Notes: generated by a model not told the origin, from the letters alone. Numbered from the stretch's first letter, positions 9,997 through 19,510 are shown. The stretch: 64,000 bases of DNA from Actinomycetota bacterium (GCA_030837345.1 JAUPKQ010000051.1:717-64716); one strand, 5' to 3'. Made by a program: numbers and translations.

Positions 9997-10179
9997 CCGA
10001 GATCCTGAACGTGATCCACCGGCGCCTCTGATCTGCCCGGGCCACCCAGGAGTCGTGGGCAGGTCCGCGGGGCGCCGCAGGGCGGGGCCGGTCCGGTGTC
10101 TCAGGGCCGGCCCTGACGCTGTCCGGCCCTGACGCTGTCGGGCTCCCACGCTGTCGGTGCCGCGACCTAGCCTTCACCC

Positions 10180-10485
10180 ATGACGCGGATCGGGACCTTC
10201 GAGTTCACGGCACCTCTCGTGGTGCATCCGGGAGGTAGCTGGCACTTCGCGACGGTGCCTCCTGATGTCAGCGAGGACATCACCGACATCAGCACCGGGA
10301 TCAGGAGGGGATTCGGGTCGGTCCGCGTGGCCGTCGTCGTCGGCGGCACCTCGTGGCGGACGTCGGTCTTCCCCGACAGGGGGGCGGGTACCTACCTGCT
10401 CCCGGTGAAGAAGGCCGTCCGGGTGGCCGAGCACCTGCACGCCGGGGACGACGTCGAGGTCCGGTTCGACCTCGTCGACCTCTGA
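10180..10485 (+). CDS. DUF1905-domain protein.
   Basis: 'FEFTAPLVVHPGGSWHFATVPPDVSEDI...GFGSVRVAVVVGGTSWRTSVFP...YLLPVKKAVR' matches the DUF1905 pattern. Confidence 0.8.
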   Translation: MTRIGTFEFTAPLVVHPGGSWHFATVPPDVSEDITDISTGIRRGFGSVRVAVVVGGTSWRTSVFPDRGAGTYLLPVKKAVRVAEHLHAGDDVEVRFDLVDL

Positions 10486-10614
10486 CGCGGTCGGCGGGCA
10501 CTCACCCCTGGGGTTCCGTCGCGCACGGAGACGACAACGCACCTGTGGCGTTGCTGGCTGTGACCCTTCGATGTCGGTAAGTTTCTTTCCGGCCCGCGGG
10601 TCCGTGCGGCTGCC

Positions 10615-11031
10615 GTGCCGGGAGGAGACCACATGGACATGGCTGAGGACAGCTACCTGGCCGGGGGAGCCTTCTCGGTGGCATCCGATGCCGCCGACGA
10701 TGTCGACACATCGCAGTGGGGGCCGTTGGAGGCCGCTCGCTGCGCCGCCGCGAACATGCGGGCGTGCCGTGAGGCGCTGGACGGCGAGAACCGCATCTCG
10801 GCCCTGGACTCCGCCCTGGTCGTCGGATCGATGATCTCGACGATGAACTCCGTGCGGGGCGTGCTGGTCAGCCTGACGTCACGGCTGGACGACGACACCG
10901 ACGGCGTCGTCCGGGCGAGGACCGTCGCGCTGCAGCAGCTGGACGAGCTGGTCGGCAGGCTCGCGGAGGTCCGCCGTGAACTCGCCCGGGTGGCCGACGG
11001 CGAGCCCACGGCGTCCCGGAGCGAACGGTAG
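10615..11031 (+). CDS. Hypothetical protein. The start may be the downstream MDMAEDS.
   Basis: 138-aa ORF with acidic, helical, non-shadow composition. No family recognised. Confidence 0.4.
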   Translation: MPGGDHMDMAEDSYLAGGAFSVASDAADDVDTSQWGPLEAARCAAANMRACREALDGENRISALDSALVVGSMISTMNSVRGVLVSLTSRLDDDTDGVVRARTVALQQLDELVGRLAEVRRELARVADGEPTASRSER

Positions 11032-11096
11032 AGCGACTGTCCGGAACCCCGGCGACCGGAACCCCGGCGACCGGGCGACGGTGGGAGCGGCGCCGG

Positions 11097-11807
11097 TCAG
11101 AGTCCGGCCCCGGCGAGCACCGCCTTGGTGAGTTTCGACAGCGCGGGTTGTGACTCCAGGGCGCAGTCGGTGGTCCGGGCGACGCGGCCGCCAGCGCTGA
11201 CGACGTAGGTGAACCCGTCAGGGCAGGGGGAGTTCGCCGCGCCGGACGCCCCGGCCTGCCACGATCCGGCGACGAAGCCCTGAAGGGCGCGGAGCGAGGC
11301 CGGGGCCAGCTGTCCCTTCGCTCCCTTCGCCCCACGGCTCGTCGCCGTCCAGGCGCCGCCGACGGTGATGACGACGGTCTCCTGGACGCCCGCGATGCCG
11401 CCCGAGCGTTGCACCGTCACCAGCGTGCCCGTGGCGGCGGCCGCCTGCGGAGCCGCGACGGCGGCCGGGCCGCCGTCCCGGACCGTCGTCCTGGGCTTCG
11501 CGGACCCGCCCGCGCCGGTGGACGGCACGGCGGACGACGCCGCCGGACCAGTTCCGGACGCCGACGCGGATGCCCCGCCGGACGCCGACGCGCCGCCGGA
11601 CGGCGAGGGGGCCGGTGTGTCCGAGGTGGTCGCCGACGACGCCGGGGACTCGGCGACCGACGACGCGGGCACGGGCTGAGAGACCTGCTGGGTGCCGCCT
11701 CCGCAACCGGCGAGCACCAGAACGAGCGGGACGAGCAGCCGACGGCGCCGGGTACGGCGGGTCGGGGGCAGCAGGTCACCGTGGAGGGGAAGAGAGATCG
11801 TCGTCAT
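11097..11807 (-). CDS. Hypothetical lipoprotein.
   Basis: Lipobox 'VLVLAGCGG' is followed by a Ser/Ala/Pro-rich linker and a C-terminal globular part with Cys pairs. Confidence 0.6.
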   Translation of the reverse strand: MTTISLPLHGDLLPPTRRTRRRRLLVPLVLVLAGCGGGTQQVSQPVPASSVAESPASSATTSDTPAPSPSGGASASGGASASASGTGPAASSAVPSTGAGGSAKPRTTVRDGGPAAVAAPQAAAATGTLVTVQRSGGIAGVQETVVITVGGAWTATSRGAKGAKGQLAPASLRALQGFVAGSWQAGASGAANSPCPDGFTYVVSAGGRVARTTDCALESQPALSKLTKAVLAGAGL

Positions 11808-11997
11808 AGCGCCAGACCGTCCGGATCAGGAGTGGTGTTCCAGGAAAAGTGTGACCCTGATCCACCCGCTTCCCCGGTGGCGAGAGGAAACCTTTGCGCC
11901 GACATGACGTTCGCTGTCATGAACGAGCATGGTCAGGTGGTGTTCAGTTGGCTTCCGGCAACGACAGGCGCAACCAACGCCTTTTCCGGGAGAACTA

Positions 11998-14301
11998 ATG
12001 CGTAAAACACTGGCGGTGGTCGGTACCTCGGCACTGGTCATCGGCCTTTCCGTGTGTATCGGTCATGCTGCCGCGGGGCCGGCGTCCGGGACATCCGCGT
12101 CCGGGGCTGAGACCTCGGTCAAGGGGCCCGAACAAGGCCCGGACTCGAGTGCGGTGGTGGCTGTCGAAAGTCCTCCCGCCGCGACCTCCGGTGCGACCGG
12201 AGGTGGAACCTCCCCCACCTCCGGCGGGGCAGCGGTCGACCCCGCCGAGGCGGTGAAGAGGGCCCAGGCCAATCTGAAGGCCCACAAGTCGGCGATTCGC
12301 GCGGCGAACGGTGACACCTACGCCGTCAAGCGGGTGATCAGGGACGGCAACGGCACCTCGCACGTCCGCTACGGGCGGACCTTCAAGGGCGTGAACGTCG
12401 TGGGGGGTGACTTCGTCATCCACAACACCCGGGACGGCAAGTTCGCGGGCTTCTCGGCGGGCCATCACGCCCCCCTGACCATCAACACGACGCCGAAGGT
12501 CAAGGACGACGCCGCCACGGCCGCCGCCCGGAAGGCCTTCGAGGGCACGGTGGCGAAGGCCGCCGAACCCAAGCTCCTCATTGACGCCACTGGGCAGTCG
12601 AGCAGGCTGACCTGGGAGACGGTCGTCGAGGGCATGCGCCCGGACGGGCAGACGCCGTCACGGCTGCACGTCTTCACGGACGCCGTCACCGGGGCCGTGA
12701 TCAGTTCGCAGGACGAGATCCGGTCGGTCGCCGGAACCGGGAAGAGCCAGTACTCCGGGACCGTGAACATCGACACCACCCAGTCCGGCAACTCCTTCCA
12801 GCTGCGGGACGACGCGCGTGGGGGATCCACCACCTGCGACATGAACAACTCCACGTCGGGCACCTGCACGGTCCTGACGGACGCGGATAACGCGTGGGGG
12901 AACGGGTCCTCCGGCAACCGTCAGACCGCGGCCGTCGACGCCCACTTCGGTTCGGCGAAGACCTTCGACTACTTCAAGTCGACGTTCGGACGGAACGGGG
13001 TCTTCGGCAACGGGAAGGGCGTCCAGAGCCGGGTCCACTACGGCAACAACTACGTCAACGCCTTCTGGAACGGCTCCCAGATGACCTACGGCGACGGCAG
13101 CGGTAACGCCAAGCCGCTGGTGTCGCTGGACATCGCGGCCCACGAGATGACCCACGGCGTCTCGGACGCCCTCGCCAGCCTGACGTATTCCGGTGAGTCG
13201 GGCGGTCTCAACGAGGCGACCAGCGACATCTTCGCCGCGATGGTCGAGTTCTACGCGGGGTCGAGCGCGGACCCCGGTGACTACGACATGGGCGAGAAGG
13301 TCGACCTCCGGGGCAACGGCAAGCCGCTGCGGTACATGTACGACCCCTCGCTCGACGGCGCCTCCGACAGTTGCTGGTCCACCTCGACCGGCGGCAAGAA
13401 CGTCCACTACTCCTCCGGCGTCGGAAACCATTTCTTCTTCCTCCTCGCCGAGGGCAGCGGCGCGACGAAGTTCGGGACGTCACCGGTGTGCAACAACGCC
13501 CCCGCCGTCAGCGGGATCGGTCGCACCGACGCGGCCTCGATCTGGTACCGCGCGCTGGACACGTACTTCACGAGCTCGACGAAGTACAAGGACACCTCGT
13601 CGGCCAACAACGACGCCCGCAACTACACCCTGAAGGCCGCCACCGACCTGTTCGGCTCGTGCAGCAAGCAGTACCGCGCCGTCCAGGCCTCGTGGACGGC
13701 GGTCAACGTCGCCGGTGAGGAAGCGGCCTGCGGTGGTACCGCGCCGTCGACCTCGACCTCGACCTCGAAACCCACGTCCACCCTGAGCACCTCGACCACC
13801 GAGAACCCGACGTCGACCAGCACGACGACGTCCAGCACGACGACGAGCCCGACGTCCAGCACGACGTCGGGGAGCACCACCGGCCCGACGTCCTCGACGA
13901 CGACCCGGACCAGCACCTCGGGCACCACGACCACGGGCCCGTCGCCGTCCCCGTGCGCTCCGGTGACCAACGACCAGAAGATCTCCATCCCCGACCGCGG
14001 GCGCCCCGTGACCAGTTCCGTCACCGTGTCCGGTTGCGCCCGCAAGGCGTCGGCGACCACCAAGGTGCTGGTGCGCTCCACCCACCCGTTCCGCGGTGAC
14101 CTGATGATCACCTTGATCGCTCCGGACGGGTCGATGTACCGGCTGAAGAACGCCAACGGCCGCGACGGGAGGGCGGACGTGAACAGCATCTTCACGCTGA
14201 ACGCGGGCGCCGAGACCGCGAACGGGGTCTGGAAGCTCGCGGTTCAGGACGTCTTCCGCCGGGACACCGGGACGCTGACCACCTGGACACTGACCGTCTG
14301 A
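11998..14301 (+). CDS. Secreted M4 (thermolysin-family) metallopeptidase with a Thr/Ser-rich linker and a C-terminal proprotein-convertase P-domain.
   Basis: ATG at 11998 with a signal peptide. The zinc motif 'AAHEMTHGV' has HEMTH at 13141-13155, followed by 'GGLNEATSDIFA'. The linker reads 'TSTSTSKPTSTLSTSTTENPTSTSTTTSS...'. The P-domain reads 'ISIPDRGRPVTSSVTVSG...HPFRGDLMITLIAPDGSMYRLKN...NGVWKLAVQD'. Confidence 0.9.
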   Translation: MRKTLAVVGTSALVIGLSVCIGHAAAGPASGTSASGAETSVKGPEQGPDSSAVVAVESPPAATSGATGGGTSPTSGGAAVDPAEAVKRAQANLKAHKSAIRAANGDTYAVKRVIRDGNGTSHVRYGRTFKGVNVVGGDFVIHNTRDGKFAGFSAGHHAPLTINTTPKVKDDAATAAARKAFEGTVAKAAEPKLLIDATGQSSRLTWETVVEGMRPDGQTPSRLHVFTDAVTGAVISSQDEIRSVAGTGKSQYSGTVNIDTTQSGNSFQLRDDARGGSTTCDMNNSTSGTCTVLTDADNAWGNGSSGNRQTAAVDAHFGSAKTFDYFKSTFGRNGVFGNGKGVQSRVHYGNNYVNAFWNGSQMTYGDGSGNAKPLVSLDIAAHEMTHGVSDALASLTYSGESGGLNEATSDIFAAMVEFYAGSSADPGDYDMGEKVDLRGNGKPLRYMYDPSLDGASDSCWSTSTGGKNVHYSSGVGNHFFFLLAEGSGATKFGTSPVCNNAPAVSGIGRTDAASIWYRALDTYFTSSTKYKDTSSANNDARNYTLKAATDLFGSCSKQYRAVQASWTAVNVAGEEAACGGTAPSTSTSTSKPTSTLSTSTTENPTSTSTTTSSTTTSPTSSTTSGSTTGPTSSTTTRTSTSGTTTTGPSPSPCAPVTNDQKISIPDRGRPVTSSVTVSGCARKASATTKVLVRSTHPFRGDLMITLIAPDGSMYRLKNANGRDGRADVNSIFTLNAGAETANGVWKLAVQDVFRRDTGTLTTWTLTV

Positions 14302-14323
14302 CCGCCGTCCAGAACGGCTGATC

Positions 14324-14369
14324 GACCGCACGGGGCGGGACCGGGATATCGGCCCCGCCCCGTGCGGTC
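14324..14369. terminator. Bidirectional stem-loop between the convergent M4 protease and lsr2 genes.
   Basis: Perfect 16-bp inverted repeat gaccgcacggggcggg / cccgccccgtgcggtc with a 14-nt loop. Confidence 0.6.
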
Positions 14370-14521
14370 ACGCGTCTTCGTCGCCGAACCGAAGCCGAAC
14401 CGGAGTTCACGGCAGCCGCCGTGACGACCGCGGGCAGGAACGACGGCGCGCGAAAGGACGGGGACGGGGAACGGCCCGGCCATTCCGCAGAGGGGAAGAC
14501 CGGGCCGTTCGGGGCTGGGAT

Positions 14522-14875
14522 TCAGGCCTGGGCCGCCTTGAATGCCTCCACGATCTCGGCCTTGATGCGGCCTCGCGGGCTGACGTCGTAGCCGTTCTCC
14601 TCGGCCCACGCCCGGACCTGGGCCGGGTCGACGTCCGAGGCGCTGCGTCGGGCATCCCCGGACCGACGCAACGGGACCACGTTCACCTTGCCGGTACGGC
14701 GGGCGTGCTCGATGTAGGAGGACATCGCCTCGTGGAATTTCCGCGAGTTCTTCGTGTCCAGGTCGATGCTGTACGTGTACCCCTGGAAGGCGAAGTCGAT
14801 GGTCTCGCCCTCCCCCTCGGGGATCTCTTTTCCGGTGATGTCATCGGTCAGCAGGGTGACAACCTTCTGGGCCAC
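14522..14875 (-). CDS. lsr2: Lsr2-family nucleoid-associated protein (xenogeneic silencer).
   Basis: GTG start (complement of 14873-14875) follows GGGAG. 'VAQKVVTLLTDDITGKEIPEGEGETIDFAFQGYTYSIDLDTKNSRKFHEAMSSYIEHARR' is joined to the C-terminal DNA-binding part 'VRAWAEENGYDVSPRGRIKAEIVEAFKAA'. Confidence 0.9.
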   Translation of the reverse strand: MAQKVVTLLTDDITGKEIPEGEGETIDFAFQGYTYSIDLDTKNSRKFHEAMSSYIEHARRTGKVNVVPLRRSGDARRSASDVDPAQVRAWAEENGYDVSPRGRIKAEIVEAFKAAQA

Positions 14876-15027
14876 GATAGGTCTCCCGTATCCGGAGGAA
14901 TGAACATATGCCAGCTTGCATTCCCCTCGGTGTGAATGCAAGCTCACTGAAGCAACCTCAAGCAGGAGAGGCCGCGGTCCGGCACATTTCACCCGTTCTG
15001 CCGACCTCTGCCGGCCCTGGGGCCGGT

Positions 15028-15894
15028 TCAGGTCCGGATTTCGTCGGGAGCCGTGCCGCGCGCGGGATCGGCCGGTGACACCGGTAGTTCGCCACGGTGC
15101 CAGGATGTCGCCGCGATCAGACTCTCCAGAATCTGCCGGGTCCGGAACAACTCGGCCCGCAACTCCGCGGCGGCGGCCTCGGTCGCCCGGGTTCGCCGGT
15201 GGAGGATCCACCCCACGGCCCCGCAGACCCCGGCCATCACCAGGATGACGGCCCACCACATCCACGCCGCTGATCCACCGGAGGAGGAGAGCGTCGTCGC
15301 CGTCTGCGGGGTGACGGTCCAGGCGGCCATCCCGGCGGGTGCGGGGATGGCCGCGACGGCGGACGGGTTGAGCGAGGCCAGGGACTGCGGGACCACGAGA
15401 TCGGGGTGGGCCTTCAGCACCGCCGTGATCTGGACCCGGGCCGCGTCGTCGTATCCCTCGTCGTGCAGGCGCTTCGCCGCCAGCCAGATCCGGTCGACAT
15501 CGCCGGGACGGCGAGTGACCCGCGCGAGCCCGGCGGCGGCGTCCCCGTTGCCGTAGTCGAGCTCCAGAGCGGCCTGGAACGACCGGCGGGCCTCGGTCAG
15601 ATCCCCCGTCGTCTCGGCGGCCTGACCCTTGGCGGTGCTCGCCAGCGCCTGGCCCCGGCGCTTCGCCACCTTCTCCAGCCCTTTGAGGGCGCACCGGCCT
15701 TCGCCCCGGCGTTCCCCCGTCGCGTAGGACTGGGCGGCCCGGGACAGCTGGGCCTGCCGGACGAAGTCGTCGGCTCGATCGCAGTTCGGCGTGTCACCAC
15801 CGCATCCACCGAGCACCGACACCCCCACCGACAGCGCGAGGACGAGCAGCACTGCTTTCCCACGACCGCGAGACCGCGGTGACCAGGCACTCAT
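15028..15894 (-). CDS. Lipoprotein with a TPR-like helical region and a C-terminal transmembrane segment.
   Basis: Start MSAWSP with lipobox 'VLGGCGG'. Helical repeats such as 'AQLSRAAQSYA' and 'ARRSFQAALELDYGNGDAAAGLA' are followed by the TM segment 'WMWWAVILVMAGVCGAVGWIL'. Confidence 0.55.
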   Translation of the reverse strand: MSAWSPRSRGRGKAVLLVLALSVGVSVLGGCGGDTPNCDRADDFVRQAQLSRAAQSYATGERRGEGRCALKGLEKVAKRRGQALASTAKGQAAETTGDLTEARRSFQAALELDYGNGDAAAGLARVTRRPGDVDRIWLAAKRLHDEGYDDAARVQITAVLKAHPDLVVPQSLASLNPSAVAAIPAPAGMAAWTVTPQTATTLSSSGGSAAWMWWAVILVMAGVCGAVGWILHRRTRATEAAAAELRAELFRTRQILESLIAATSWHRGELPVSPADPARGTAPDEIRT

Positions 15895-16055
15895 GATCTC
15901 CAGTTTGGTCCATTTCGTCCCGCAGGGGACCGCCCAACGGTCCCGGAGGGACTCTTCTGTCCACGGAAGCCCCCGCTCGGCTGGCAGGATCGCGCTCGCG
16001 TCGTCCGGGGAACGGACCCCGGCGGAACCCCCAGGACAGTCCGAGGAGCAGGACA

Positions 16056-16469
16056 ATGGCCGCAACCGGGCCCCGGAAGTGGACAGTGAACAGCGAGGTC
16101 CTGGAGCGGATCGCCGGGCGCTTCGAACCGGTGCCGCCCAACGGCCTCGGCCTGCCGGAGGACCCTGACACGATCCAGCTGCGGATCGGCACCCTGGCCG
16201 CCGGCACGAACTGGGCGGAGATCTCCGAGCTGCTCGGGGTGCCGGAGGCCAAGGGCGATCCCGAGGGGATCAACGTCGCGTTCCCGGCGATCCAGGAGGC
16301 CGTCCGGCGCCGTCACGACCTGGCCCGGCGTCTCATGATCCGCGTGTGGGAGGAGCCGGGCCTCAGCGACCGGCTGATGGACCGGGTCCGCCCCGGCAGT
16401 CTTCGCCGGGTCCGCAGCGATTGGCTGGTGTGGGGCGAGGGTGCCGGGCGCTGGCGCGAGGAGCCCTGA
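16056..16469 (+). CDS. Hypothetical protein.
   Basis: 137-aa ORF of normal composition. No family recognised. Confidence 0.4.
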   Translation: MAATGPRKWTVNSEVLERIAGRFEPVPPNGLGLPEDPDTIQLRIGTLAAGTNWAEISELLGVPEAKGDPEGINVAFPAIQEAVRRRHDLARRLMIRVWEEPGLSDRLMDRVRPGSLRRVRSDWLVWGEGAGRWREEP

Positions 16470-16473
16470 CTCC

Positions 16474-17352
16474 TCAGGCCGCCCGGCGGCGAAGCCCCAG
16501 CGGGGCGGACCGTACGACCGACGCCTCTGCCTCGGTGAGGGTTCCGGTGTCCACGAGCCGGTCCAGCACGTGAGCCTGCCGGGTGCGGGCCCGGCCGAGG
16601 TACAGCAGCGGGTCGTACCGGCTCGGCGCCTGCACCAGCCCGGCGAGCAGACTCGCCTGTGCCCAGCTGAGCTGGTCCGCTTCACGGCCGAAGTACCCCC
16701 GGGCGGCGTCGGCGAGCCCGTAGTGCCCGTGGCCGAAGTAAGCGACGTTCACGTACATCAACAGGATCTGGTGCCTGGTGTAGATCTGGTCGTTCTTCAT
16801 CGCGAGGACGATGACCCGGGCCGGTCCGAGCGCCCCCTGAGCCTCGTCGGGGTAGGCGAGTTTGGCCAGCTGCTGGTCGATGGTCGACCCGCCCTGGTCC
16901 CCCCGGCCGAGGATCGGGGAGATCAGCGGTTTCACGGCTCCCAGGGGGTCCAGCCCGTACCTCTGACCGAAGAACCGGGAGTTCTCGGTGGCGATCAGGG
17001 CCTGGACGGTCCGGTCGGTTCCCGAGATCGAACGGAGCTCGGTGGCCCGATGGGCGCGCAGCTGGGTACTGACCCGCTCGCGGGTACCGTGCCCGTCCGG
17101 GGTGATCCACCAGATGCCCGCGAGCATGACCAGCGCCGTGAGCACCACGCCGGTGATGAGCCGGAACGAGGCCACCGCGAGGCGGCGTGTCCGGGAGCCC
17201 CTTCGCGGCGACGGCCGTCTCGTCGCCGGTTTCCTCGTCGTCGTGCGGCGCGTCGTCGTGCGTCTGGCCGCCGGTTTTCTCGCCGTCCACCTGGTCCGTG
17301 CTGACGGCGTCCGTGAGAAGCGGGTCGGGCTTCCGAGCCGGTCCATCGTCAC
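16474..17352 (-). CDS. Monofunctional peptidoglycan glycosyltransferase (GT51 transglycosylase domain), membrane-anchored.
   Basis: Basic N-terminal tail and TM segment 'ITGVVLTALVMLAGIWW'. GT51 motifs: 'ATENSRFF', 'GGSTIDQQLAKL', 'KNDQIYTRHQILLMYVNVAYFG'. Confidence 0.85.
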   Translation of the reverse strand: MTMDRLGSPTRFSRTPSARTRWTARKPAARRTTTRRTTTRKPATRRPSPRRGSRTRRLAVASFRLITGVVLTALVMLAGIWWITPDGHGTRERVSTQLRAHRATELRSISGTDRTVQALIATENSRFFGQRYGLDPLGAVKPLISPILGRGDQGGSTIDQQLAKLAYPDEAQGALGPARVIVLAMKNDQIYTRHQILLMYVNVAYFGHGHYGLADAARGYFGREADQLSWAQASLLAGLVQAPSRYDPLLYLGRARTRQAHVLDRLVDTGTLTEAEASVVRSAPLGLRRRAA

Positions 17353-17665
17353 AATCTCCCTGGGCGGTCGTCCGACGCCGTCGTGCTCTCCGAGGCGAAG
17401 CCCTCACATCGTGTCACCTCGGGGGGCGGCGTTCCGGGTCAGCACGCGCGATCCTCACCTGACCCTCACAGGACCTCCACACCGACGGGTCTCCGGCTCC
17501 CGGGACGTCCTCGCGTTCCTCGGCGATCCGGCACCCGTCGTCGAGCGTGAGCCCCGGCCGGTGCGCCGATCATGTCGTACCCCCCGTCTAGCGTGATGTT
17601 CCGGTGGACGGGGTACCCCCCTGGGGACCGTTCGCCCGCACGTTCCTCGGGGAAAGGACCATGTC

Positions 17666-19096
17666 ATGGCCGGGCAGACGACGTATCTGGAGTTGTCGGA
17701 GGACGACGGCACCGCGCACAAGTTCTACGAGGTGACCGTCGACGGCGACACCCTGACCCTTCGCTACGGCCGGATCGGCGATCACGGCCAGGTGCGGTCC
17801 ACGATCTTCGCAGACACGGCCAGGGCGTCGTCCGCCGCGGCGAAGAAGATCGGGGAGAAGATCCGTAAGGGCTATGCCCCCGCCACCCCAGGAGCGAGGC
17901 AACGCCGTCCGGTGTCCCGCCGGCAGATCGTCAGTTCGCGGTCGACCGCCCACCAGGCGCCGGTGCTGTGGCGGTACCGCTCCGGGGAGGCGGCGTTCGG
18001 CGTCTTCGTCGACGACGACGTCTGCATGGTGGGCAACGAGGCGGGTCTGGTCACCACCTTGACCCATGACGCGCGGGTCACCGGGCAGTTCCGGCTGCCG
18101 GACGGCGTGAAGTGCATCGTCGCGGACGCCGGGTGGCTGTACGCGGGGTGTGACGACGGCAATGTCTACGACCTGTCCGGCAAGATCCCGCGTGTGGCGT
18201 ACCGGATCGCCCCCGATATCGACATCTACTGGCTCGACATCTTCGACGGTGTGCTCGGGGTCTCGGACGCCGACGGAGGCGTGGCCGCGATCGATCATGA
18301 GGATGAGATCCTCTGGAGGAAGCGGAGCCGGGGCTCCGCCGCCTGGATGGTCCGCTGCGACGAGTACGCCGTCCACCACGGGCACTCCCGCGGCGTGACG
18401 AGTTATGACTGGCGGACCGGCCGTGAGATGTGGCACCAGTCGACGCGCCCGGTGCTGTTCGGCTGGCAGGAGGAGGACGCCGTCTACGCCGGGACGTCCG
18501 GTGGACAGGTGATGCGCTTCGGCAAGGACGGCGGGCCTCAAGGGGCATTCGCCTGCGACAGTGCCGTCTTCTCCTGTGCGTCGGCGCCCGCGGGCCGGTA
18601 CGTCTTCGCCGGTGACAACTGCTCGTCCGTGTACTGCTTCGACGACAGGGGCACCCGGCTCTGGAAACTCGGTACGGGATGCGGCTCGGCGTACTCGATG
18701 CAGTACCACCGCGAGCGTCTGTACATCGTGACCACCGACGGCTCCCTGGCGTGCCTCGACGCGAGTGAGGCCGCCGTCCACGCGGCGCAGTCGGGCACGA
18801 TTCCGAGCGCCGTCGACGTCTTGGCACCTGTCGGCGTGCGCGAGGTCACCCCTGCGGCACCGGTCAGGACCGTCTCCCACCGTGACGACCCCGGGGACGA
18901 CGTGATCGTGGAGTGTTTCGACCACCGGGGCCGGTTGCGGGTCCGGGTCCTTTCGCCGGGGTATCACGAGGACTGGTGGGTGCAGTTCCCGAAGGACATC
19001 CGTGAGGCAGGGGCCCGGTATCTCGTGCCCGGCGTGCGGGTGAGTGAGCGGGGCGGGTTCTACCGGGCGTTCGGGGAGATCCGGCGTCTGGTGTGA
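17666..19096 (+). CDS. WGR-domain protein fused to a PQQ/BamB-like beta-propeller.
   Basis: WGR domain: 'TYLELSEDDGTAHKFYEVTVDGDTLTLRYGRIGDHGQ...KKIGEKIRKGY'. Propeller-like repeats: 'LYAGCDDGNVYDLSG', 'VYAGTSGGQVMRFGKDG', 'YVFAGDNCSSVYCFDDRGTRLWK', 'LYIVTTDGSLACLD'. Confidence 0.8.
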   Translation: MAGQTTYLELSEDDGTAHKFYEVTVDGDTLTLRYGRIGDHGQVRSTIFADTARASSAAAKKIGEKIRKGYAPATPGARQRRPVSRRQIVSSRSTAHQAPVLWRYRSGEAAFGVFVDDDVCMVGNEAGLVTTLTHDARVTGQFRLPDGVKCIVADAGWLYAGCDDGNVYDLSGKIPRVAYRIAPDIDIYWLDIFDGVLGVSDADGGVAAIDHEDEILWRKRSRGSAAWMVRCDEYAVHHGHSRGVTSYDWRTGREMWHQSTRPVLFGWQEEDAVYAGTSGGQVMRFGKDGGPQGAFACDSAVFSCASAPAGRYVFAGDNCSSVYCFDDRGTRLWKLGTGCGSAYSMQYHRERLYIVTTDGSLACLDASEAAVHAAQSGTIPSAVDVLAPVGVREVTPAAPVRTVSHRDDPGDDVIVECFDHRGRLRVRVLSPGYHEDWWVQFPKDIREAGARYLVPGVRVSERGGFYRAFGEIRRLV

Positions 19097-19181
19097 ACCG
19101 TGAGACGCGAACCCCGAGGTTCTCGCCGGGCTGAGGGGGAAGACCCACCGGGTGCCGTGAGCTCTCACGAACCTGCTCAAG

Positions 19182-19472
19182 GTGACGGTGATGGTCCTGG
19201 AAACCCTGAACGGGCCCGTGCGCCGCGTCGGCATCTTCTCCCCGAAGATCAAGACAGACTCCGGTGTCGGAGTGGGAAGCACCGCTAGACAGGTGCTCGC
19301 CGCGTATCCGAACGCCACCTCGGCCCCGAACAAGTACGTCGACGGCGCGACGGACCTGACGGTGAGTTCCGGCACGCACGACATGCTCTTCGAGGTCAGC
19401 GCCAAGAAGGTTGTCACGGGCTTCCGGATCGGTGAGTCCGAGCAAGTGGCTTACGTGGAGAGCTGCAACTGA
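19182..19472 (+). CDS. Small hypothetical protein, possibly the truncated 3' part of a larger gene.
   Basis: 96-aa ORF of normal composition, followed by a strong hairpin. It has no signal peptide and no convincing RBS. Confidence 0.35.
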   Translation: MTVMVLETLNGPVRRVGIFSPKIKTDSGVGVGSTARQVLAAYPNATSAPNKYVDGATDLTVSSGTHDMLFEVSAKKVVTGFRIGESEQVAYVESCN

Positions 19473-19510
19473 CCGGGCGGCGCTCCCGTCGCCCTGGCGT
19501 GGAGGAATCA

